This document shows positions 33,173 through 40,330 of a DNA stretch of 40,330 nucleotides, in pieces (position 1 is the first letter of the stretch; the number at the start of each line of letters is the position of its first letter). The stretch lies in the IMG/VR virus record IMGVR_UViG_3300010358_000006, positions 1-40,330 of that record. One strand, given 5' to 3'. The translations under genes were made by a program, and so were the position numbers. A model generated the notes under the pieces. That model ran no database searches, was not told the DNA's origin, and saw nothing but the letters and a program-made list of their open reading frames with translations. The DNA is from a virus. Lineage: Duplodnaviria; Caudoviricetes.

Positions 33173-33831
33173 TGGTCCTCCTCGGGTAGTGGTGCGGGTG
33201 GCGGGTAGTTCGCGACGTCGATGTCGACGGTGAGCACCTCCTGCCAAGGCGGCCACGCGTCGTCGCTCGGCTCGTCGGGCGTGACGGGTCCCATGTCGGC
33301 GCTCGCGACCTCGTCGTGCTCGATCACGAATTGCAGCCGTGCCGCATAGAGCGAGCGGGTGTCGTCGTAGCCGAGGTTGTCGTAGCGGATGCCGAGCCAG
33401 TTGATGCCGCCCGCGCCGAACCCGTCGAGCGATGGCCGCTGCAGAAAGAGGAGCTCGAGCGCGCCGCCGTAGATGCCGGCGAGCGCGTGCGACTCGGCCT
33501 GCGTGCGCGCCGACACGACGACGCCGGGCTCGATTTGCCACCACGCCGCATAGACGCCGTCGCCACCCATTTGCGGCGGGTTCAGCGTGCCGGGCGAGGT
33601 GACGATGACGCCGGGTAGCTGGTCCTCCGGCCATTTGTCGAACGACGGCGCGAGCGCCCATCCTTTCGGGCGCGGCAGGGTGCCGACGGCGAGGTTGTTG
33701 CGGCGCTCGAGCTCGGCGAGGTAGGTCGAGAACCACCGCCGCATCAACGCCATCGCGGCGTTCTCGACGTCGACGCCGGTGACGAGCGGACCGAAATCGG
33801 CGTGGCCCTGGATGACGGGGCCGCTTACCAT
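33169..33831 (-). CDS. Tail terminator/neck protein
   Basis: ATG 33831; lies just before the sheath; DQLP.V.V motif. Confidence 0.6.
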   Translation of the reverse strand: MVSGPVIQGHADFGPLVTGVDVENAAMALMRRWFSTYLAELERRNNLAVGTLPRPKGWALAPSFDKWPEDQLPGVIVTSPGTLNPPQMGGDGVYAAWWQIEPGVVVSARTQAESHALAGIYGGALELLFLQRPSLDGFGAGGINWLGIRYDNLGYDDTRSLYAARLQFVIEHDEVASADMGPVTPDEPSDDAWPPWQEVLTVDIDVANYPPPAPLPEEDQ

Positions 33832-34289
33832 CCGGCGCCCTCGTTCTTGGCGATGTACCGGGAGATGTACCCGTTGATTTCGCGTTCCTCGCTCGCGGTG
33901 AGGTCGATGAGCCGCCGGCGCCGACCACCGGCGGCGCCGGCAGCGCCGGCGTACGGCACCGTGGTGCCGAACCGAAACGCGGTGGGGTCGCGCACGTCGA
34001 CTTGGTCGCTTGCGCGTGCCGCGGTCAATGATTTGTAGAGCGCGCGGGTGCGCATCATCGGCGGCATCGCGCCGTACCCGTCGCGGGCCTTGCGCTCGAG
34101 CGTCGTGTCGGCGAGCGGCGCCCATGAGCCGAGCCCGCCGGTGCCGAATCGGCGGTCGTTCGAGCGGCGGTAGACGGTGCGGACCTTCTCGCTCACGCGG
34201 CGAATGTCGGAGCCGCGCTCGCCGAGCCGCGCCAGGTCGACGGCGGCCTCGGTCGCGCCTTTCTCGTGCACCTCGATTTGCATGCTCAT
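33825..34289 (-). CDS. Virion morphogenesis protein (Mu gpG-like)
   Basis: ATG 34289; RF..G..WAPLA..T..RK..L..SL..GT.VPYA. Confidence 0.75.
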   Translation of the reverse strand: MSMQIEVHEKGATEAAVDLARLGERGSDIRRVSEKVRTVYRRSNDRRFGTGGLGSWAPLADTTLERKARDGYGAMPPMMRTRALYKSLTAARASDQVDVRDPTAFRFGTTVPYAGAAGAAGGRRRRLIDLTASEEREINGYISRYIAKNEGAGW

Positions 34290-34852
34290 CGGCGCGCCCT
34301 CCTGCCTGCCGGCGAACGCGAGCGCGAGCTCGTGCCCGGCGGCATGCCGACGTTGACGACGTCGCTCATGGTCGGGAACCCGAACCCCCACGTGTACGCG
34401 AACACCACCGTGGAGCTCGGCGTCGGCAGGCTGCCGATCCGCTGCCCCACCCCGGAGTCGGGCAGGTACACGCCGACCATCACCTCGAACTGCGCGATGT
34501 TCGCCTCGAACATCGCCCAATAGTTCGACGCCGGCGAGCGGTTGCTGAGGACCTGCTCGGGCCAGTACGACAGTTCGGCCTCGTACGCGGCGACGAGCGT
34601 GGCGAGATGGCGGCCCTCCTCGACGCATTCGTCGGGGAGGTCCCACCCGACATAGCTCGCGACCTTGGCGCACCCGTTCGTGATGAGCAGTTCGACCTCG
34701 ACGTCGGTGGGGCGGGTGTCGGGGGTGAACGTGCCGAGCTCGTTCCCGCTCGCGTCTTTGGTGCGGGCACGCAAGAGCGCGGCGACGTCGTCGACGGTTG
34801 GCCGCCACGGCAGCGTCAGCGGGTCAATCGGGGTGGTTGGCGGAACGCTCAA
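34286..34852 (-). CDS. Head-tail adaptor
   Basis: TTG 34852; PTVDDVAALLRART..GTF..DTRPT..ELSYWPEQ. Confidence 0.7.
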   Translation of the reverse strand: MSVPPTTPIDPLTLPWRPTVDDVAALLRARTKDASGNELGTFTPDTRPTDVEVELLITNGCAKVASYVGWDLPDECVEEGRHLATLVAAYEAELSYWPEQVLSNRSPASNYWAMFEANIAQFEVMVGVYLPDSGVGQRIGSLPTPSSTVVFAYTWGFGFPTMSDVVNVGMPPGTSSRSRSPAGRRARR

Positions 34853-35058
34853 ATGTCGTCCTCCGGGTTCGTTGGGCCGAGCCGCCGTTCGGTGAGCCAC
34901 CAAATCACGGGCGCCCACGCGTCCATGACGGCTTGGCGAGGTTCAGGCGGCGCCATGAGGTCGAGCCATAGCTGCGCTTGGAACCGTGCACGGTTCAACG
35001 TTTGCTCGCGCCATAGCGCCGCCCGTTCGTCCTCGCTCGGGTAGTCGCTGCTGCTCAC
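34849..35058 (-). CDS. Hypothetical protein (69 aa)
   Basis: GTGA and TTGA overlaps with its neighbours. Confidence 0.6.
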   Translation of the reverse strand: MSSSDYPSEDERAALWREQTLNRARFQAQLWLDLMAPPEPRQAVMDAWAPVIWWLTERRLGPTNPEDDI

Positions 35059-35234
35059 GTCCCCTTGGTGACGCCCGCGAGCGTCAGGTCGGGGCGGTCG
35101 CTGCCGTCCGCCGGCTCGGGCAGGTCGCCGTAATAGCCCTGCTCGAGCGCCGCGGCGTACTCGGGGTTCACGGCGTCCCCGTCGCTCTTGCTCTTGCTGG
35201 TTCTGCTCGTGCTCGAGGTTTCGCTCGTGCTCAT
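35055..35234 (-). CDS. Small capsid-associated protein (59 aa)
   Basis: GGAGG RBS after the MCP; EQGYYG..P..LTLAGV. Confidence 0.65.
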   Translation of the reverse strand: MSTSETSSTSRTSKSKSDGDAVNPEYAAALEQGYYGDLPEPADGSDRPDLTLAGVTKGT

Positions 35235-35243
35235 CGTCCTCCC

Positions 35244-36203
35244 TTACGCGGCGTGCAGGACGCCGAACGGGTAGCGGTTCGCGGTGGTCGGCTGCGAGTA
35301 GGTGAGCGGGTTCGCGACCTGGAACGCGAACCGTGCGACCACGCGAATCGCGATCATGTCTTGCTGCGCGAGGTTGTACTGAATCACCGGCGGCGAGCTC
35401 GAGTCGGTGATGATCGCTTGGTCGAGGATCTTGAACGTGATGTCCTGCCTGACGCCCAAGAGCCCTTGGGTGAAGTCCCCGACGACGGCTTGCGCGGCGC
35501 CGGTGCCGGTCGGCCACAACCCGGGCATCGCGTACCGGATCGGGACGCTATACACGCTCGCTTGCGCCTGTTCGGCGTCGGTGCCGTTCCCGGTTTGCAA
35601 CTGCTCGCCGGTGGTGCCGCGGGCGTCGCGCAGCTTGCCGCGCATCGTGCGGTCGGCGACCATCCCGTCGACGTCGAACCCGTCGGCCTCAACGGTCGCC
35701 ATCGCCGCGGAGATGTCGCCGACGATGCCGCCGCTTGCGGCGGGCAGCCCGACAGTGGTCGTGTTCCCGGCTGCGGTCGCCGCGGGCACAATCGCTTGCG
35801 GCCACGACGCCGGCTTGTTCGTGCCGAAGAAAATCGCCGCGTCCAAGGCGCGCCCGATTGCTTCGGTCAACTGCGGGCGGATGACCGCCCATAGGTCGTA
35901 GTCGACGTCGTCGAACACGTTCTCGGGGATCGGGACGATTGCGGCGAGCTCCTCGGCGTTCAGGTAGAGGTTCGACCATGCCGACTGCGATGTTTGCTTG
36001 ACACCGGTGTCGCCGCTGACGAAATACGCGGTCGCCAAGGCGGACTCGGCGGGGATACGAAACTGCGCCCGCGACATGGCGACACGCCTGAACAGCGCCA
36101 TCGCCGCCGACTCGTCGGGTATGTGCGTGATGATCTCCCTCGAGAATTCCTCGGGGATGAGTGCTGCCGCGTCGGTGCGGCCAATCGAGTTGTTATATGG
36201 CAT
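35244..36203 (-). CDS. Major capsid protein (HK97 fold)
   Basis: LIPEE.S.EII..A.FV..K..EELA.IVP..D.A..FG..GDF..QQDM.A.R..R. Confidence 0.92.
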   Translation of the reverse strand: MPYNNSIGRTDAAALIPEEFSREIITHIPDESAAMALFRRVAMSRAQFRIPAESALATAYFVSGDTGVKQTSQSAWSNLYLNAEELAAIVPIPENVFDDVDYDLWAVIRPQLTEAIGRALDAAIFFGTNKPASWPQAIVPAATAAGNTTTVGLPAASGGIVGDISAAMATVEADGFDVDGMVADRTMRGKLRDARGTTGEQLQTGNGTDAEQAQASVYSVPIRYAMPGLWPTGTGAAQAVVGDFTQGLLGVRQDITFKILDQAIITDSSSPPVIQYNLAQQDMIAIRVVARFAFQVANPLTYSQPTTANRYPFGVLHAA

Positions 36204-36242
36204 CGACTTGAGCCCTTTCGCGTTAGGGGCAAGACGGCTCGG

Positions 36243-36821
36243 CTAGTTCCTCCCGGTCGCTTGCCGAATCAGCGTGTTCATGTCGGCGCCACTGCGGCCG
36301 CTTGCCGTGCCTCCGCGCCCGCCGCCGAGGTCACCCACGGCGCCTTTGCGCTCCTCGAGGTAGCGCTGCGCGTCGGCCTTGATCGTGCGAACGTCGGTCC
36401 CTTGCAGCCGGTGCGCCGCGTCGAGTGGTATCCCGACGTCGGCGCAGACGGTGCGTTTGAGCTCGAGCAGTTCGAGGTCGGCGAGCCGCTGCTCGGCGTC
36501 GTGCCGCGCGGTCCGCTCCTGCTCGAGCTCGGACGTTGTTCGTTCGAGCCGGCTTGTGGTCCGCTCGAGCTCGGATTTCCCGACGTCCTCGAGCTCTTGC
36601 AGGCGGCGCTCGGCCTCGGCTGCGCGCTGCTCGGCGTCGCGCCTCGCAGCCCGTTCCTTGGTGAGCACCTCCTGCCGGCGGTCACGACCGCCGGTAGTGG
36701 CGTCGTCAGTGCTGCCGGCGCTCGCGTCGCGCTCATCGCCGGCGGGCCCGTCAGGCGTCGCGCCATCGGGGGTCAGGGCATCGTCGGGCGTCGCGCCCGA
36801 GTCGCCGGTTTCGTCAGGCAT
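36243..36821 (-). CDS. Capsid scaffolding protein
   Basis: Acidic N-terminus; coiled coil with KSELER; RL.G...I.ADA; C-terminal MN.LIR. Confidence 0.85.
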   Translation of the reverse strand: MPDETGDSGATPDDALTPDGATPDGPAGDERDASAGSTDDATTGGRDRRQEVLTKERAARRDAEQRAAEAERRLQELEDVGKSELERTTSRLERTTSELEQERTARHDAEQRLADLELLELKRTVCADVGIPLDAAHRLQGTDVRTIKADAQRYLEERKGAVGDLGGGRGGTASGRSGADMNTLIRQATGRN

Positions 36822-38271
36822 TCGTTCCTCCGGTAGTTGCGGTTACGGGTGGCGAGCTCGCCGGCGCAACACCGATTTGGGCTGCCGCCTCGGCGGGCGT
36901 CGGGGTGATCGTTTCGCGCGCGGTGACCGCCGGCCCCTCGACGTCGGCGCCCTCGGCGATGAACCGCTCGACCTGCTGCGGCGTGAACCCGACGTACTCC
37001 CACAACGCCGGTCTTGGCACCCCGATGCTGCTCAACTTGACGGCGGCGTCGACGGTTTCCGCGGTCGAGCGCGACTCGGGGTTCGCCCAAATCGTTTCGA
37101 CGTCCCACGCGGTCGCCTTGGCTTGGTCGCCGGCGACGGCGAACGCCAACCGCATGACCTCCTCCCACCCCTCGCCGAACGCGGCTTGCTTGCGGCGCAC
37201 CTTCGCGACCAAACCCGTCTCGGTCGCTTTCAACGACTCCCCCGACGGGAACGTGCCGCTCGAGCCCAAAAGGTAGTGGGGAGGGGTGCGGGTTTGCGCC
37301 GCCAAATGCTGAATGAGCGCCTCAATCGCGCGCACATACGGCGACAGGTCCGAGATAGCGAACGAGCCGAACGCGGCTTGCATGTCCTCGACCGCCCATA
37401 TCTGCCCCGAGCCCGACTTGAATTGGCTTTTCCACTCGGGCAGCGGGTCGCCGGCGTTCGGGTGCCCATCCGGATACTTCGGAATGTCCACCCCGGTCAT
37501 CCACCGTTGCGGAAACGCCGCGTACTCGCTCGCGACGATCATGTCGGCGCACAACTTGTTGACGGCGTCTTGGATCGGGATGCACCGCTCGACGTCCGAG
37601 CGTCCCTCGCGCACGGTCAACGTCGGCATGTTCGGCAGCGGCACCAAGGGCACGATGGGCGCGAGCGGGTTGGTGCCGCTCAACTCCGGGAGCGCCTCCC
37701 ACCCCTTGTTGGTGCCCTCGCGGCGCCACCAAACGACCATGTCGGGCAGGTAGAGCACGCACTGCTCGGTGCCCCACTCGTCAACCCAATCGCGTAGCCC
37801 GGCGAGCCGGTGGCGGCCTTGCGCGGGGTCGACCGCGACAATCGCTTGCGACGGCGACTCGAGTTGGATCGAGGGGTCGCCCATGTCGTCGGGGAACACG
37901 AGCGCGTAGGCGCAGCCGAGCCGGATCGCCTCGCCGTGCGCGAGCTCGCTTTCGGCGTCGAGGTAGTTCCGCTGCCAAATCTGCCATGACTCGGCGTCGC
38001 CCTCCTCCTGGTCGTTCCCGAACCTGAACCCCTCGACCTTCAAACGCTCGGTCGAGGCGTCGCACACGAGGTCGCACCAGTTGTCGGAGAACGCGCCGAA
38101 CAGCGTCCCGAACGTCTCGCGAAACTTGATCGTCGCGAAGAGCAGCCGGTGCTCGCCGCGGTAGTAACTCTCGAACCGGTCGAGGTCCGGCTGCCGCGCG
38201 GCGAGCCCCTTCAAGAGCGTGTCGCGCCACTGCTCGACGAGCGACACGCCGGTGGCCGTGTAGGTGCTCAA
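36814..38271 (-). CDS. Portal protein (SPP1 gp6-like)
   Basis: TTG 38271; YY.G.H..NW..V.D..ERL.V.GF..W..N.LD; FPQRW.TG; SGESL. Confidence 0.92.
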   Translation of the reverse strand: MSTYTATGVSLVEQWRDTLLKGLAARQPDLDRFESYYRGEHRLLFATIKFRETFGTLFGAFSDNWCDLVCDASTERLKVEGFRFGNDQEEGDAESWQIWQRNYLDAESELAHGEAIRLGCAYALVFPDDMGDPSIQLESPSQAIVAVDPAQGRHRLAGLRDWVDEWGTEQCVLYLPDMVVWWRREGTNKGWEALPELSGTNPLAPIVPLVPLPNMPTLTVREGRSDVERCIPIQDAVNKLCADMIVASEYAAFPQRWMTGVDIPKYPDGHPNAGDPLPEWKSQFKSGSGQIWAVEDMQAAFGSFAISDLSPYVRAIEALIQHLAAQTRTPPHYLLGSSGTFPSGESLKATETGLVAKVRRKQAAFGEGWEEVMRLAFAVAGDQAKATAWDVETIWANPESRSTAETVDAAVKLSSIGVPRPALWEYVGFTPQQVERFIAEGADVEGPAVTARETITPTPAEAAAQIGVAPASSPPVTATTGGTNA

Positions 38272-39782
38272 AACGACACCGGCACCCGTGATCGCGCAGG
38301 CGCAGCCGGACCCAAGAGCGTGCGCGCCTCCCACGCCAGTAGCGCGGCGTGCGCCGCGGCGATGGGCGCGCCGCCTTTCGAGGCCTCGGCGAGATACGGC
38401 AGGTTCCGCACCCGCTGCACCCGCGCCGCCAACACGTGCCGCGCCAAGCGGCGGTCGCCGTCGTGGCGGATTCGGCCGGCGACCGCGTCGGCGCGGAACC
38501 GTTGCGTCACCTGCGCCGTCCTCGGCGACGGCGTCGCGACGTCAATGTCGACGACGTTGCGTTTACCGAGCAGGTGCGTCCACGCGTTCACCATCGTCGC
38601 CCACGCCGGCGTCGCGGCGGCGTAGACGGCGCCGACGCGGTACTCGCCGAGCGCCCACTGCACGGCGTCGTCGACGTCCTCGGTATCGACGAGCTCGCCG
38701 GCTTTCGACTCCCACACGCCCAAGGTGAACAGGACCCCGTCGGCGCGGCGGCACGCGACCAAGGCGCAGTGCTCGCCGCCGCGGAAACCGAGCACGACCT
38801 CGTCGCCCGTGTGGAGCTCGGCGCGCTCGAGCTCGAGCGCGCGCCACGGCTCGAGCTCGAGAAACCCCGACTCGCTCGTCGCCCACACGCACCCGTGCAA
38901 CTGCAGAAACCGGCCGTCCGTGAGTAGCGGCGACGCCGCGAGCTCGGCCAACCGCTCACGCGTCACCCACGACGCCGGGTTCGCCGCCTTGATCGCGTCA
39001 AGGTCGTGCACGTCCAAGGTGCCGGCGTCGTAGTTGTAAACCAACGTGCGGCCCGGATGGTTCCGCGACACCGTCAACTTGCCGACACGCTCGAGCTCAC
39101 CCTCGAGCTCATTGCGGTCAAGCAGATTCCCAAGAATCCCATCGACACGCTCCGCGGGCTCACCCGCGGTCGAGATGACGAACACGTGCACCTGTTTACG
39201 CACGACCTGCCCGGCGGTGGCGATGTCACCCCACGCCCTGCGCCGCCGCGGGGTGGTCCAGTCCTTGAGCTCGTCGGCGACGATCAGCGACGGGTTGAAC
39301 CCCGACGCGGCGCCACTGTCGGCCGAGAACCGGTAGAGCACGCCGAACCCGTCCGCGCGCGCGATCACGCCCTCGTGCTCACGAACCACGACCTGACCCG
39401 ACAACCACGGGTCGCTCTTGACGAACCGCACCGCCGACTCGAACAACCTGCCGGCCTGCTTATCGGTCGCGGCCGCCAAGAGGATTTCCGGGGCGCCCTC
39501 GTCCTCGACCAAGTGGTAGAGCCCGTACGCGGCAAGCAGACTCGTCTTGCCGTTCTTTTTCGGCACGACGAGCACCACCGTGAGCCAATACGACTCGTCG
39601 ACGCCGAGCTCCGCGAGCGCCTCGCCCATGAGCTCGAGTTGCCACGGCTCGAGCACCAGCGGCACGCCGTCGAACGGGTCGACCCACTGCACGCAATGCT
39701 CGCCCGCCCAATACGCGAAATGGTCGGCGCGCGTCGCCTGCGCGTAGGCCTCCCACCGCTCACCGACCGCGACCGCGCTCAC
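38268..39782 (-). CDS. terL: Terminase large subunit; ATPase intact, nuclease acidic residues apparently lost
   Basis: GTG 39782; LEPWQ, PKKNGKT, ADEL, ISTAG, ANP; C-terminal domain reads GFRGG, YAAA and PIAAA. Confidence 0.9.
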   Translation of the reverse strand: MSAVAVGERWEAYAQATRADHFAYWAGEHCVQWVDPFDGVPLVLEPWQLELMGEALAELGVDESYWLTVVLVVPKKNGKTSLLAAYGLYHLVEDEGAPEILLAAATDKQAGRLFESAVRFVKSDPWLSGQVVVREHEGVIARADGFGVLYRFSADSGAASGFNPSLIVADELKDWTTPRRRRAWGDIATAGQVVRKQVHVFVISTAGEPAERVDGILGNLLDRNELEGELERVGKLTVSRNHPGRTLVYNYDAGTLDVHDLDAIKAANPASWVTRERLAELAASPLLTDGRFLQLHGCVWATSESGFLELEPWRALELERAELHTGDEVVLGFRGGEHCALVACRRADGVLFTLGVWESKAGELVDTEDVDDAVQWALGEYRVGAVYAAATPAWATMVNAWTHLLGKRNVVDIDVATPSPRTAQVTQRFRADAVAGRIRHDGDRRLARHVLAARVQRVRNLPYLAEASKGGAPIAAAHAALLAWEARTLLGPAAPARSRVPVSF

Positions 39783-39874
39783 CGCACCCGCCGCCGCCGG
39801 CGCCGCGCCGGCCGCCGGTCCTCGATGTCGAGCCAATCCTCGAGCACGCCGCCCTTCAACGGCTCGACGTTCAC
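39779..39874 (-). CDS. 31-aa peptide between terS and terL
   Basis: GTGA overlaps at both ends; MNVEPLKGGVLEDWLDIEDRRPARRRRRRVR. Confidence 0.55.
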   Translation of the reverse strand: MNVEPLKGGVLEDWLDIEDRRPARRRRRRVR

Positions 39875-40284
39875 TCGCCGACCGCCTTGAGCCGCCGCCG
39901 TGTCGGCGCCGCACGGTCCGCCGCGCTCGCCGCACCCGCCGGCCTGCCCGCGCCCGCACGCCTCGACAACCGCCGGCGCGCCATCGGGTCCAAGCCGAGC
40001 GTGCCGCCGAGCTCGTGCGCCCACCGCTCCGCGTCACGGATCGCGCCGAGCAGCGGGTGCGCGACCTGCTGCCCGCGCGAGCCCTCGTCGAGCTCGGGCG
40101 ACCCCTCCGCGATCCACCGCCGGCGCAGCCGAGCCACGTCCCCCATGGCTCGCGCGTACGCGGCGAGCGGCTCGAGCGACAACGCGGTCGGCTCGCCGAG
40201 CTCGTCGAGCACCTTCGCGGCCCTGCGCCACGCCGCACGCGCGGTTGCGTCGAGCTCGCGCGGCGGCGCCGGCTTTTGGCTCAT
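39871..40284 (-). CDS. terS: Terminase small subunit (P27 family)
   Basis: PP.EL..A..AW..L..Y..G..G..HP..LGL.P.AR. Confidence 0.88.
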   Translation of the reverse strand: MSQKPAPPRELDATARAAWRRAAKVLDELGEPTALSLEPLAAYARAMGDVARLRRRWIAEGSPELDEGSRGQQVAHPLLGAIRDAERWAHELGGTLGLDPMARRRLSRRAGAGRPAGAASAADRAAPTRRRLKAVGE

Positions 40285-40330
40285 AGAGCCAACCTTCGTC
40301 GCGCGATTTCCGGCAGGTTCTGCGCGCGAC

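Noticed and set aside
36379-37797. Long plus-strand ORF (472 aa) and many similar Arg/Ala/Pro-rich overlapping ORFs in the track
   Set aside because: These are shadow ORFs caused by high GC content; they overlap well-supported genes and have no motifs or RBS.

Overview
The window looks like a complete or near-complete ~40.3 kb, very GC-rich temperate tailed phage genome with a contractile tail (myovirus-type). An Actinomycetota host is inferred from GC content, gene families and TANNNT promoters. Most genes are on the minus strand. From 40284 leftward they run: terS, terL, SPP1-gp6-like portal, scaffold, HK97-fold major capsid, head-tail/neck genes, sheath, tube, frameshifting tail chaperone, tape measure, LysM, hub with cell-wall hydrolase domains, collagen/spike, repetitive tail fibre, gp25/J/I baseplate and an amidase lysis cassette. 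A small plus-strand HTH repressor candidate follows. The minus-strand early arm has xis, a tyrosine integrase, an attP-like repeat region, a DNA methyltransferase with an in-frame LAGLIDADG insert, a transglycosylase, RecE/RecT-like genes, a replication protein and RusA. The left accessory region has an HNH-SF2 helicase three-gene operon, a divergent cluster of small early genes and a terminase-associated HNH that appears to continue across the window junction into terS. Most notable observations: TerL lacks the acidic catalytic residues of its nuclease domain; the HNH-helicase operon has its own promoter and a palindromic operator; the methyltransferase has an intein-less LAGLIDADG insert; and several repeat or structured non-coding elements are present. 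All calls come from reading motifs by eye; no database searches were run.
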